This document shows, one piece after another, positions 19,132 to 29,241 of a stretch of 64,000 bases of DNA. Within the stretch, counting starts at the first letter, position 1, and every line of letters begins with the position of its first letter. A program made the position numbers and the translations under genes. The stretch is from a virus: the IMG/VR virus record IMGVR_UViG_3300035670_000018, positions 32,001 through 96,000 of that record. One strand, given 5' to 3'. The notes beneath the pieces are model-generated. The model made no database searches, was not told where the DNA came from, and worked only from the letters and a program-made list of their open reading frames with translations.

Positions 19132-20776
19132 AGGTTATAACAATAATCCGAATCTCCCGCGCGAAGACTTTTTACACGCATTCACGCAGGCTGAACTAGA
19201 CGAGTTTATCAAGTGTTCACAAGATCCTGTGTACTTTGCTTGCACATATATGCGTATTATCAACGTTGACCGCGGTCTTATGCCATTTGAGATGTGGGAC
19301 TTTCAGAAAGAAATGCTTACCACATTCCATGAAAACCGCTTCTCTATCTGTAAGCTTCCGCGTCAGGTAGGTAAGACTACAACCAGTGTTGCATTTTTGC
19401 TACACTTCATTCTCTTCAATGAAAATGTCAATGTAGCCATTCTTGCTAATAAGTCCGCAACAGCAAGAGAAATCATGGGCAGACTTCAGCTTGCCTTTGA
19501 GTATCTACCAAGATTCCTACAGCAGGGTGTCAAGGAATGGAACAAGGGTTCTATTGAACTTGCTAACGGTTCACGCGCGGTAGCTGACTCCACATCTGGT
19601 TCGTCTGTTCGTGGTAGATCGTTCAATGTCATTTTCCTTGACGAGTTTGCGTTTGTTCCAAACAATATCGCAGAAGCTTTCTTCATGTCTACATATCCTA
19701 CCATCTCATCTGGTAAGACAACTAAAGTTATTATCGTTTCTACACCTAACGGTCTGAATCTGTTCTATCGTATGTGGATTGAAGCACAAGAACAGCGCAG
19801 TCTATACAAGCCTATTGAGATCCACTGGAGCATGGTGCCTGGTAGAGATGAAGAGTGGAAAGAAGAGACTATTAGGAATACATCTCCGGATCAGTTCCGT
19901 CAAGAATTTGAGTGTGAGTTTATAGGTTCTACAAACACGCTTATTCATCCCGTCAAGCTTCGCTCACTTGTCTGGCACAATCCTATTCGTCAGGAAGGCA
20001 AGCTGGATATCTACAAAGATCCTGTACCAGGCAGAACTTACACAATGACAGTGGACGTGGCCGAGGGACAAGGCTTAGACTATTCTACATTTTCGATAAT
20101 AGACGTTACGGAAATACCATATCGTTTGGTAGCAAAATACAGAAACAACCAGATTTCACCACTGCTGTTTCCGACTATCATAGTACAAACAGCAAAGCTA
20201 TACAATGAAGCTTTCGTATTGGTAGAAATCAACTCCATTGGCCTACAGGTTTCAGACATTATTCATCATGAACTGGCCTATGAAAATCTGATCAAGATTG
20301 AAATGAAGGGTAAGCAGGGTCAGCAGCAAACACCCGGTTTCAAGAAGAAGATAGCATACGGTCTTAAGACCACCAATCAGTCTAAGATGATCGGATGCAC
20401 GAACCTGAAAACGCTCATTGAGAATGATAAACTGATAATCAATGACGCTCAGATGATTACCGAGTTGACTACGTTCTCAGCAGACAAGAAGACGTTCAAA
20501 GCCGAAGAAGGCAACAACGATGACTTGGTAATGACACTGGTACACTTTGGTTGGTTGTCAGCACAGAAGTATTTCCGTGAGAACATCAATAATGACATTC
20601 GTAAAGTCCTACAGCAGGAACAGCTTAATCTGATGGACCAAGACATTGTACCTATTGGAATCATAGATAATGGAATAGATGACCCATTTGATGAGAATAT
20701 GGACAAAGACTTGTGGGTAGAAGATAGGAAAAAGCTATTTCCATTTGATGATTACAACTGGTCATCCAAGCTATAA
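19124..20776 (+). CDS. gp17: Terminase large subunit gp17
   Basis: Walker A PRQVGKTT, Walker B IFLDEFAF, STPNG, nuclease DVAEG...DDLVM. Confidence 0.97.
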   Translation: MSKGYNNNPNLPREDFLHAFTQAELDEFIKCSQDPVYFACTYMRIINVDRGLMPFEMWDFQKEMLTTFHENRFSICKLPRQVGKTTTSVAFLLHFILFNENVNVAILANKSATAREIMGRLQLAFEYLPRFLQQGVKEWNKGSIELANGSRAVADSTSGSSVRGRSFNVIFLDEFAFVPNNIAEAFFMSTYPTISSGKTTKVIIVSTPNGLNLFYRMWIEAQEQRSLYKPIEIHWSMVPGRDEEWKEETIRNTSPDQFRQEFECEFIGSTNTLIHPVKLRSLVWHNPIRQEGKLDIYKDPVPGRTYTMTVDVAEGQGLDYSTFSIIDVTEIPYRLVAKYRNNQISPLLFPTIIVQTAKLYNEAFVLVEINSIGLQVSDIIHHELAYENLIKIEMKGKQGQQQTPGFKKKIAYGLKTTNQSKMIGCTNLKTLIENDKLIINDAQMITELTTFSADKKTFKAEEGNNDDLVMTLVHFGWLSAQKYFRENINNDIRKVLQQEQLNLMDQDIVPIGIIDNGIDDPFDENMDKDLWVEDRKKLFPFDDYNWSSKL

Positions 20777-20779
20777 ATA
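20772..20779 (+). promoter_or_regulatory. T4-type late promoter TATAAATA
   Basis: Exact consensus upstream of gp18. Confidence 0.8.
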
Positions 20780-20835
20780 CTCATTTTTCTAAATAATGTA
20801 GAGACTTGAATTACTTTTCTTAAAGGAGAAACACG

Positions 20836-22563
20836 ATGGCATTTCAATTGTCACCAGGCGTAAATGTATCTGAAATTGACTTAACAACTATTGTACCTGC
20901 TGTAGGTACAACCGAGGGCGCTTTTGTAGGTAACTTCAATTGGGGTCCTTTAGAAGAAATTCGTACTATTTCTTCGGAAGTTGAACTAGTGGATACATTT
21001 GGTAAGCCAGATAACAACAATTTCGTAGACTTTTTTACAGCGGCCAACTTCTTGGCTTATGCTCGTAATCTAAAGATAGTCCGCGCTGGTGATAACTCAT
21101 CAGCTAAAAATGCTTCTATTGGTAATGGTATTTTGATTAAAAATTCTGATGATTATCTTTCAAACTATATCAATCAGGAAGCAGCTAATACTGCTGGTAT
21201 GTTTGCTGCTAAGTTTGCTGGTGATCTAGGTAACAGCTTGAAGGTTTCTCTATATGCAAATACAGATTATGTAGAAAGAGTAAATTGGAATAGCACAAGA
21301 TGGACTTATGCTGAACAGTTTAACGGTGCACCAAATACTTCTGTTTATGCTGCTGGTGTAAACGGTTTAAGAGACGAAATGCACATTATTGTTATTGACG
21401 AAGACGGTAGATTTACAGGAACAGCAAACAGCATTCTAGAAAAGTTTGCTTATGTATCTAAGGCTTCTGATGCTGTCACAAGCGATGGTTCATCAAACTA
21501 CTATGTAAACGTAATTAATGAACGTTCAAAGTACATCTATATCATTAATCATGCTCTAGATGTTACAAGTAACGTAACTGATACCTCTACATGGGGATCA
21601 TCTGCTGTTGGAACAACATTCACTGAAGGAGCAAGCAGCTATACAGTATCTCTATCAGGCGGTACAAATGGCGAAGTAGGTGATGATCAACGCATTCTTG
21701 GTTACGATAGATTTACCAATGCTGAAGAAGTTGATATTTCACTTGTTGTAACAGGTGGTGCAAACTTGGCTGTTGTTCAGCACTGCATTGACAATCTTGC
21801 AGAATTCCGTAAAGATTGCGTTGTATTCTGCTCACCAACAAGAGCAAACGTTGTTTCTGTAGGTATTTCAGATGCAGCAAACAATGTTATCTCATACCGT
21901 AACGCAATGGGACGTTCAACATCATATGCTGTCATGGATTCTTCTTGGAAGTATCAGTTTGACAAGTATAACAACGTATATCGTTGGGTTCCAATGAACG
22001 GCGACATTGCTGGTCTATGTGTAAGAACAGACTTTGAACGTGATCCATGGTTCTCACCAGCTGGTTTCAATCGCGGTCAAATCAAGAATCTTGTAAAGCT
22101 TTCATTTAATCCTGATAAGACAGATCGTGATGAACTTTACAAAAATGGTATCAACCCAATCGTTACATTCCGTGGAGAAGGTACAGTTCTATACGGTGAT
22201 AAGACAATGCTTACTCGTCCATCAGCATTTGATCGCATCAACGTTCGCCGTTTATTCATCGTACTTGAAAAGGCCATCGCAAGAGCAGCCAAGTATAGCT
22301 TGTTTGAATTCAATGATGAATTTACACGCGCACAGTTTGTTGCTTTGATTGAGCCATATCTACGCGATGTACAGGGTCGTCGTGGTATCTTTGATTTCCG
22401 CGTAGTATGTGATGAAACTAATAACACTCCTGAAGTAATCGACCGTAACGAATTTATTGGCGATATCTACATCAAACCAGCCAGAAGCATCAACTTTATC
22501 CAGTTGAACTTCATTGCTGTAAGAACTGGTGTTGCCTTTGAAGAAGTTGTAGGCAGATTTTAA
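20836..22563 (+). CDS. gp18: Tail sheath protein gp18
   Basis: SPGVNVSEIDLT, WFSPAGFNRG, FDRINVRRLF, IKPARSINFI. Confidence 0.97.
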   Translation: MAFQLSPGVNVSEIDLTTIVPAVGTTEGAFVGNFNWGPLEEIRTISSEVELVDTFGKPDNNNFVDFFTAANFLAYARNLKIVRAGDNSSAKNASIGNGILIKNSDDYLSNYINQEAANTAGMFAAKFAGDLGNSLKVSLYANTDYVERVNWNSTRWTYAEQFNGAPNTSVYAAGVNGLRDEMHIIVIDEDGRFTGTANSILEKFAYVSKASDAVTSDGSSNYYVNVINERSKYIYIINHALDVTSNVTDTSTWGSSAVGTTFTEGASSYTVSLSGGTNGEVGDDQRILGYDRFTNAEEVDISLVVTGGANLAVVQHCIDNLAEFRKDCVVFCSPTRANVVSVGISDAANNVISYRNAMGRSTSYAVMDSSWKYQFDKYNNVYRWVPMNGDIAGLCVRTDFERDPWFSPAGFNRGQIKNLVKLSFNPDKTDRDELYKNGINPIVTFRGEGTVLYGDKTMLTRPSAFDRINVRRLFIVLEKAIARAAKYSLFEFNDEFTRAQFVALIEPYLRDVQGRRGIFDFRVVCDETNNTPEVIDRNEFIGDIYIKPARSINFIQLNFIAVRTGVAFEEVVGRF

Positions 22564-22576
22564 TTGATAAAAAGCA

Positions 22577-22584
22577 TATAAATA
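22577..22584 (+). promoter_or_regulatory. T4-type late promoter TATAAATA
   Basis: Exact consensus upstream of gp19. Confidence 0.8.
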
Positions 22585-22604
22585 TTCAGAAGGAGTAAAA
22601 ACAA

Positions 22605-23204
22605 ATGGCTTCATTTAACGTACAAGAATTTAGAGCGCAGATGACAGGTGACGGTGCTCGTCCTAACCTGTTTAACTGTGAACTACCATTCTTAGGAAAT
22701 CTATTAGGCACAGCAGCAGTTAAGTATAACTTCATGTGCCGCGCCGCTCAATTGCCTGGTTCCACTGTGAACCAGGTTCCTGTCAACTACTTTGGCCGTG
22801 AACTAAAGTTTGCAGGAAACCGTACATTCACTGAATGGACAGTTACAATTATCAACGACGAAGACTTTGTTATTCGCAACGCATTTGAACTATGGATGAG
22901 TAGACTGAACTCACACGTATCAAATCTTCGTTCTTCCAATTTTATTAGCCCAGCACAGTACCAGCAAGACGGTATTGTAACTCAGTTTGGCAAAGCTGAT
23001 GAAGTGTTGAAACTATACAAGTTCATCGGTATGTTCCCAATTGACATTTCTCCAATTGAACTTGATTGGGGTGCAAATGATACAATTGAAGAATATGCAG
23101 TGACATTTGCCTATCAGTGGTGGGAATCAGATACAACAGACAGTATTGCAACTTCTGGTGCGCCTTCTGTTCGTACTTCATTTACACCGCCGCTAGTTGG
23201 CTAA
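22605..23204 (+). CDS. gp19: Tail tube protein gp19
   Basis: GARPNLF, FGRELKFAGNRTFTEWTVTIINDEDF. Confidence 0.95.
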   Translation: MASFNVQEFRAQMTGDGARPNLFNCELPFLGNLLGTAAVKYNFMCRAAQLPGSTVNQVPVNYFGRELKFAGNRTFTEWTVTIINDEDFVIRNAFELWMSRLNSHVSNLRSSNFISPAQYQQDGIVTQFGKADEVLKLYKFIGMFPIDISPIELDWGANDTIEEYAVTFAYQWWESDTTDSIATSGAPSVRTSFTPPLVG

Positions 23205-23213
23205 TATATAAAA

Positions 23214-23237
23214 AGGAGGGGGTTTATTCCCCCTCCT
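23214..23237 (+). terminator. GC-rich hairpin after gp19 (terminator or processing site)
   Basis: AGGAGGGGG-tttatt-CCCCCTCCT. The A-run is on the 5' side, so the U-tract would be on the minus strand. Confidence 0.55.
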
Positions 23238-23256
23238 ATAACATGGAGAATTGTAG

Positions 23257-24993
23257 GTGGTCCAACTTTTTGGCTTTGAACTCTCACGTAAAAAAACGAA
23301 GCAAGAGCAAAATGCTTCACAACAGGATTCTAATAAGTCGTTTGCTTTACCGCAAAACGATGACGGTGCTGTAACTATTCAATCAGGTGCCTATTATGGC
23401 ACCTATGTTGACTTGGACGGTGTTGTTAGAAACGAAATAGAACTCATTACACGCTATCGTGAAATGTCAATGCAACCAGAGTTGGAAACAGCTATTGATG
23501 AGATTGTAAACGAAGCCATTGTAAACACTGCAAAAGACAAAGCAGTTGAAATCAATCTAGATGATTTGAAGCAACCGGAATCGGTAAAGAAGAAAATTCG
23601 TGATGAATTTGATATTGTTCTAAAGCTTCTTAACTTTGGTAACATGGGCCATGAGATTTTTCGTCGCTGGTATGTTGACGGTCGTATGTTCTATCATGTT
23701 ATCATTGACGAAGCAAGTACAGCTAAAGGCATTCAAGAACTAAGATACATTGACCCTCGTCGTATTCGCAAAATCCGTGAAATTCAAAAGACAAAAGATC
23801 CAAGAACTACCATAGACGTTATCAATAAGATTAACGAATACTATCTCTATAATGAGCGTGGTATTATTGGCGCGCATTCCAATCTTGGTGCTAAGATTGC
23901 CATTGATGCAATCATCAACATCAATTCAGGTTTGATGGATTCCAAGAGAGCGATGGTTCTCTCATATCTACACAAGGCCATCAAACCACTAAACAACTTG
24001 AGAATGATTGAAGATGCGACAGTTATATATCGTCTATCACGCGCTCCCGAACGCCGTATATTCTATATTGACGTTGGTAACATGCCAACCATCAAAGCGG
24101 AACAATACCTAAAAGATATCATGACCAAGTATCGTAACAAGTTGGTTTACGATAGCACAACAGGCGAAATCAAGGATGATCGTAAGCATCTTTCCATGCT
24201 TGAAGACTTCTGGTTACCTCGTCGTGAAGGCGGCAAAGGAACAGAAATCACAACTCTTCCTGGTGGTCAAAATCTAGGTGAACTGGAAGACGTTAAGTAT
24301 TTTGAACGTAAGCTATACAAAGCACTTGGCGTTCCTATTGGCCGTCTAGAACAGCAACCAGGTGGTGGTATTCTAGGTCGCTCAACTGAAATTACCAGAG
24401 ACGAATTGAAGTTCTCAAAGTTCATTGATAGACTACGTAACAAGTTCTCAACTTTGTTTGATGATATTCTTCGTGTCCAACTTATCATGAAGAAAGTTTG
24501 TACAGAAGAAGAGTGGAAAGAGTTCAAAGAAGATGTTTACTACGATTTCAAGAAAGACAACAACTTTGATGAGTTGAAAGAGTCTGAACTATTAATGAAT
24601 CGTATTGCTACGCTACAAGCAGTAGATCCATACGTAGGTCGTTATTATTCAATGCAGTGGGTTCGTAAGAATATTCTCATGATGGATGACGATGAGATTG
24701 AAGAAATCCAAGGTCAGATAGAAGAAGAGCAAGCAGCCAATACTCCAGTTGATGATCAGGGTAATCCATTGCCTACAGATGATCAAGGCAATCCATTACC
24801 ACCACAAGCACCGCAACCAAACATAGTTCCTCCTACACCAATTGAAGGAATGCTGCAACAGCAAATGTCTCAGCAGGGCGCACAAGCTGTTTATCAAGAT
24901 GGAACACAAAAAGACACCATGGATCCATTAGAGATGGGGCAAGCTGCTAATCGCAGAAGATTTGTCAATGATACTATGGAACCAGTAAGATGA
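23257..24993 (+). CDS. gp20: Portal vertex protein gp20
   Basis: RRWYVDGR, YRLSRAPERRIFYIDVGNMP, EDFWLPRREGGKGTEITTLPGGQNLG. Confidence 0.97.
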   Translation: MVQLFGFELSRKKTKQEQNASQQDSNKSFALPQNDDGAVTIQSGAYYGTYVDLDGVVRNEIELITRYREMSMQPELETAIDEIVNEAIVNTAKDKAVEINLDDLKQPESVKKKIRDEFDIVLKLLNFGNMGHEIFRRWYVDGRMFYHVIIDEASTAKGIQELRYIDPRRIRKIREIQKTKDPRTTIDVINKINEYYLYNERGIIGAHSNLGAKIAIDAIININSGLMDSKRAMVLSYLHKAIKPLNNLRMIEDATVIYRLSRAPERRIFYIDVGNMPTIKAEQYLKDIMTKYRNKLVYDSTTGEIKDDRKHLSMLEDFWLPRREGGKGTEITTLPGGQNLGELEDVKYFERKLYKALGVPIGRLEQQPGGGILGRSTEITRDELKFSKFIDRLRNKFSTLFDDILRVQLIMKKVCTEEEWKEFKEDVYYDFKKDNNFDELKESELLMNRIATLQAVDPYVGRYYSMQWVRKNILMMDDDEIEEIQGQIEEEQAANTPVDDQGNPLPTDDQGNPLPPQAPQPNIVPPTPIEGMLQQQMSQQGAQAVYQDGTQKDTMDPLEMGQAANRRRFVNDTMEPVR

Positions 24994-25919
24994 TGAAGTT
25001 TGGTAACTTTATATCAGAATCGTTAGCTGCTGAAATCAAATCAGAGCCAAAAACAAACGCATCCAGAGAAGCAAGAAGACTTGGACTAACTTATATGGGT
25101 TTTGGCAGATATGCTGACTCTAAAGGTAAAATAGCATATACAGTAGATAACAATAGACTTGTGCCATACAAACATATAGAAGAAATTCAAAGTATGCATG
25201 ACAAAGCTAGAAGCACAAGTAATCCAAATAAATCCAAAGAGTTGATGGCTCAAGTTGATACTCATTCAAAAGTTTTATCAAAAAGAGAAGCAGAAGACAA
25301 TAAGATACTTAGCAAAAAAAGCAAAGAGATAATGGCTCTGAATAAAGAACTATACAAGTTCTATAAGCCTGGAATGTATGATGACGAAGAAATACGAGCA
25401 ATCGAAGAATACACTAATGATGCTTTTGGTCCTATAAATAGATTTCTTTACAAAGGTCATGATCCAGACACAGAACCAGAAGACGCTTCTTTTATAGAGA
25501 GTATGGTAGAAGCACTAGATTCAGCTTTCGAAGAAACACAAGCTCCATTTGCTTATACTGTATACACAGGTCTGAGTGAAAGATATAAAGCTGAAAAAAT
25601 AAAACCTGGTGGTGAATATATCTTCAGAGGTTATTTGTCTACTTCTATAGATTTCAATACAGCCATTGGTGGATTTACCGATTCGGACTGGGGCAATAAA
25701 AAACCTGTAGTTCTTCAAATAGATATTTCGAAGGGTCAAAAATCTATCTATGTTGATCCACTTTCTTCAAATACTGGTGAATTGGAAACTATGTTGCCTA
25801 GAGGATCAAGAGTAAAAATTATATCTGGTCCACATCAAATTGATTATGGTATACTAAATCCAGAAGCAGATCCGGTAACGATAAATCTTTTCCATTGTGT
25901 ATTGGTCGAAGATTTATAA
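24990..25919 (+). CDS. ADP-ribosyltransferase (VIP2/Alt-like), probably head-packaged
   Basis: YT...INRFLY, VYTG, GYLSTS and ELETMLPRG (S-T-S and E-x-E motifs); N-terminal KFGNFISE capsid-targeting-like leader. Confidence 0.75.
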   Translation: MMKFGNFISESLAAEIKSEPKTNASREARRLGLTYMGFGRYADSKGKIAYTVDNNRLVPYKHIEEIQSMHDKARSTSNPNKSKELMAQVDTHSKVLSKREAEDNKILSKKSKEIMALNKELYKFYKPGMYDDEEIRAIEEYTNDAFGPINRFLYKGHDPDTEPEDASFIESMVEALDSAFEETQAPFAYTVYTGLSERYKAEKIKPGGEYIFRGYLSTSIDFNTAIGGFTDSDWGNKKPVVLQIDISKGQKSIYVDPLSSNTGELETMLPRGSRVKIISGPHQIDYGILNPEADPVTINLFHCVLVEDL

Positions 25920-25922
25920 ATA
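25915..25922 (+). promoter_or_regulatory. T4-type late promoter TATAAATA
   Basis: Exact consensus upstream of ORF 25949. Confidence 0.75.
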
Positions 25923-25948
25923 TAAGAAATACGTAGGAGTTAAAACAA

Positions 25949-26251
25949 ATGTCAGTTAACAAAGCATTAAATAACATTCTAGAGAACAATCTAGATGAAA
26001 TGCGCCAAAACTTTTCCGCTGCTCTTTCTACAAAAGCAGTAGAAAAGCTTGAAGAGCGCAAGATGGAAATTGCCAAGAATTACTTTGGCCAGGTAATGGA
26101 ATCAACAGAACAGATTGATGAAGCTTTACCAGTAAAGTATTTTGATCGTCCTTTGCCAAATAAAACGCCGCTTGGTAAATTTGACAATGTTGTAAATAAA
26201 GCGATGAAGAGTGCAAAAAGTAAGAAAATGACTGCTGTAAAGAAGAAGTAA
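25949..26251 (+). CDS. Prohead core protein (gp67-like)
   Basis: F..AL..KAVEKLEERKMEIAKNYF motif; position after the portal. Confidence 0.6.
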   Translation: MSVNKALNNILENNLDEMRQNFSAALSTKAVEKLEERKMEIAKNYFGQVMESTEQIDEALPVKYFDRPLPNKTPLGKFDNVVNKAMKSAKSKKMTAVKKK

Positions 26252-26257
26252 TACATC

Positions 26258-27391
26258 ATGAAAAGCATCAAAGGCCTTAGAGAACAATACGATCTAATCA
26301 CAGAGAAAGAAGAAGCAGAAGTTCGTAAACTTTCTGCTCTTGTTCGTGCTGGTCTTTTTGATGCTAAGAAACTAACATCACTGAAACGCGCACTGGAAAA
26401 ACCAGTTGATAAAATGACAGCACAAGAAAAGCGTATGCTTCTTAACTTGCTGGATTCACTTATGTCTGAGGTTCTGTCCAATCAGCCTGTGTATCAAAAG
26501 GTCAAGCAGAATGTGATGAAGGAAAACAAGGATAACTTTGTAAGTGACCGTAGATTTGGTCGTGGTTATCCTTCTCAGAAAGATATGCCTTCCGTATTGT
26601 TACTAAAGCGTAAGGCTATTCGTGTATTTCCTGATGGTCAAAAAGTAGGACTATACTACGCTCAAGCGATAGACAAGTATGTTACCATACCATTCAGTGA
26701 AATTGGAATAAACGAAGAGAATGAATTGGATGAGATAGCTCCCGCTCTAGTTCCTCTTGCAGTAGGTGCAGCTAGAGTTGCAGCTCCTATAATTGCACGT
26801 AATGCTTCACGTATCGGATCAGCCGGCAAAAAAGCATGGGATGCTTGGAAAAAGAGTAGAGCAGTCAAAAAAGCTGAAAAGGCAAAAGACAAAATATCTA
26901 GAGGTGGCACGATAACAAATGCTGATAGATTGGCCAGAAGAAAAGCCATTGCCAAAGGCATAAAAAAAAGAAGCAGTAGTGCTGGTGGCAGATGGAGAAA
27001 TATAGGGCGCCGCACTGCTGAATTGGGTGCAGGAGCTGCCGCAGTCGGTGCAGCACTATCTGGTGGTTCAGGTGAAAAAAAGTATTTTACACCAATGTCT
27101 CCTACACTAAAAGCTACTACAGTAGGACCAAAGAGAGAAGGCGGTTCAGATTCGAGAGCAGAGCGTGAGAGACAAGCCGCTTTCAGAGCATCAAAATCCA
27201 TGGCTACAAATGAGTCTGTAGAAGTAAATCTAGATGGAAATCTATTTGAACTAAATAATAAGGCAGCAAATAAAATTACCAAACTCTATGAGTCATTGAA
27301 CAATAAGAACAAACGCAAGATGATTTCCATGATGAATGAGAGTGGAGAAAGCCTCAACAAGATTGTATCATTTGCATTAGGACAGAAATAA
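26258..27391 (+). CDS. Prohead/head-associated hypothetical protein
   Basis: 377 aa in the head module; LLLKRKAIRVFPDGQKVGLYY and C-terminal YESLN..NK..M motifs. Confidence 0.6.
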   Translation: MKSIKGLREQYDLITEKEEAEVRKLSALVRAGLFDAKKLTSLKRALEKPVDKMTAQEKRMLLNLLDSLMSEVLSNQPVYQKVKQNVMKENKDNFVSDRRFGRGYPSQKDMPSVLLLKRKAIRVFPDGQKVGLYYAQAIDKYVTIPFSEIGINEENELDEIAPALVPLAVGAARVAAPIIARNASRIGSAGKKAWDAWKKSRAVKKAEKAKDKISRGGTITNADRLARRKAIAKGIKKRSSSAGGRWRNIGRRTAELGAGAAAVGAALSGGSGEKKYFTPMSPTLKATTVGPKREGGSDSRAERERQAAFRASKSMATNESVEVNLDGNLFELNNKAANKITKLYESLNNKNKRKMISMMNESGESLNKIVSFALGQK

Positions 27392-27394
27392 GAC

Positions 27395-27886
27395 ATGGCA
27401 AACGTAATAAGAGAACAAAAGCTTATTGATTCCAACAAGCGAGCATTAATTAAGTATGTGATACTTTCTGATGGAACTAACGAGGCAAACACACGTTTGC
27501 TTGATGCGTCTTCATTAGCATTTGCACTAAACGCAACAGGTGTAATATCTCAAACAGATCCAAAGTCAAACTACAGATCAACAATAAGAAAAGTAAAAGC
27601 TTACTCTAGAACAGGTGGTTCTTTTATACTTAAGTGGGAAGGTGATGCAAACTCAGAGATTATCACGTTTGGTTCAGGTTCCGTAGACTTTACATTTGAA
27701 AACGATGGTGCAATCATTCAAAATCCAGAAGCAAACGCAACAGGTGATATTCTTCTAAGCACAGCTAATCTTGTTGCTGGTGATACAACAACGATTTTCC
27801 TAGACATAAGAAAAGACAGTTTGGATTATGATGCTGGTCAGACAGCAGATCCTTACGCATTCAACGCAAAAGGTCCATTTCCATGA
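27395..27886 (+). CDS. Conserved T4-like virion protein
   Basis: 163 aa in the head module; NPEANATGDILLST motif. Confidence 0.6.
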   Translation: MANVIREQKLIDSNKRALIKYVILSDGTNEANTRLLDASSLAFALNATGVISQTDPKSNYRSTIRKVKAYSRTGGSFILKWEGDANSEIITFGSGSVDFTFENDGAIIQNPEANATGDILLSTANLVAGDTTTIFLDIRKDSLDYDAGQTADPYAFNAKGPFP

Positions 27887-28557
27887 TTAACCTAATAAAT
27901 TCCATTATAGATAGAGACTTCATAGAGGCAGATTTTATTTTGGAAGAATCTGTTCAAGTCATCATGAGTCGCAAGCTTGAAGAAGCAAAGAAGATGTATG
28001 CTGCTAAAATGGCAGAACAGAGTCATTCTATGAATAGAACAGCGTCTAAGCTTGTCAGACTTGGTGTTGTAGAAGAAGACAACATTGAAGAAATGTCAGG
28101 AAATTCAGGATTAGTTGTAAATAAAAAACCAGAATCTGCAAGTGGAAAAACAGATTTGGGTGGACCAGCACCATCTAATTCAAAAAGTATTAGTGATACG
28201 GAAACAGATGATCTAATTAAAAGAAATACAGAAGGTCTTAAGAGAGCAAAACAAAGAGGAATGTTACCTCCTGGTCATCCTATAACAACAAGAATGGAAG
28301 AAGAAACTCTTGAAGAAGCACGTATCAATATAATCAAGGCCCGTATTCGTGGCGGTAAAATTCAACGCCGTAAAAAAGTTTCAAACGTTCCAGGAATGAC
28401 TCTACGTGGTGGTAAGTTACAGCGCATGTCAGCAGCAGAACGCCGCCGTAGAAAATTAGGCGCAAGAAAAGCAGTTCGTAAGAGAATGCCAAAAATGAAT
28501 CGCGCATTGATGAAGCGCAAGAGATCATTAATTAAAAGAAGGGCTTTAGGTCTATGA
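27883..28557 (+). CDS. Prohead core protein (gp68-like)
   Basis: Highly basic C-terminus RIRGGKIQRRK...RMSAAERRRRK...KRKRSL.KR..LGL immediately before gp21. Confidence 0.7.
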   Translation: MINLINSIIDRDFIEADFILEESVQVIMSRKLEEAKKMYAAKMAEQSHSMNRTASKLVRLGVVEEDNIEEMSGNSGLVVNKKPESASGKTDLGGPAPSNSKSISDTETDDLIKRNTEGLKRAKQRGMLPPGHPITTRMEEETLEEARINIIKARIRGGKIQRRKKVSNVPGMTLRGGKLQRMSAAERRRRKLGARKAVRKRMPKMNRALMKRKRSLIKRRALGL

Positions 28558-29204
28558 AGCTTATAAAAGAAGAAGTAAACGAAGTCCGTTTTCTCACAGA
28601 AATGAACGAGAAGACAGGACAAAAGGAAATGTTCATTGAAGGTATCTTCATGCAGGCCGAGACAAAGAATCGTAACGGCCGCGTTTATCCTTTTGGTGTC
28701 TTACAGAAAGAAGTTGACAGATATAACAAAGATTATGTTGACAAGAACCGTGCTTTTGGTGAACTAGGTCATCCTGATTCTCCAACTATTAATTTGGATC
28801 GTGTATCACACATGATTACCAAGCTTTATCCTGATGGTAATAACTTCATAGGTAAAGCAAAGATTATGGATACTCCTAACGGAAAAATTGTGAAAAGTTT
28901 ACTAGACGGTGGTGCTAGTTTGGGTGTTTCTACAAGAGGCGTAGGGTCTCTTAAGCCATCAAATGGCTATCAACTTGTTCAGGACGATTTTCATCTTGCG
29001 ACAGCCGCAGATATCGTTGCTGATCCATCTGCTCCAAATGCTTTTGTTCAAGGCATTATGGAAAATGCGGAATGGATTCTTACAGAAACAGGATGGAAAG
29101 AAGTTCAGTTTGAAGCAGCTAGAAAAGAAATCAAGCAAGCTTCAAAAAATGATATTGAGGCAGTAGCACTGCGTCTCTTTGAGAATTTTATCTCTAAACT
29201 TTAA
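28554..29204 (+). CDS. gp21: Prohead protease gp21
   Basis: IEGIFMQAETKNRNGRVYP, GELGHP, GVSTRGVGSL, DIVADPSAPNAFV. Confidence 0.97.
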   Translation: MKLIKEEVNEVRFLTEMNEKTGQKEMFIEGIFMQAETKNRNGRVYPFGVLQKEVDRYNKDYVDKNRAFGELGHPDSPTINLDRVSHMITKLYPDGNNFIGKAKIMDTPNGKIVKSLLDGGASLGVSTRGVGSLKPSNGYQLVQDDFHLATAADIVADPSAPNAFVQGIMENAEWILTETGWKEVQFEAARKEIKQASKNDIEAVALRLFENFISKL

Positions 29205-29208
29205 AAAT

Positions 29209-29216
29209 TATAAATA
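29209..29216 (+). promoter_or_regulatory. T4-type late promoter TATAAATA
   Basis: Exact consensus upstream of gp22. Confidence 0.8.
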
Positions 29217-29241
29217 ATACAAGAAAAAGGAGTATACTCAT

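Noticed and set aside
26662-27282. 206-aa minus-strand ORF
   Set aside because: Antisense to the Ala/Lys/Arg-rich part of ORF 26258; no independent support.
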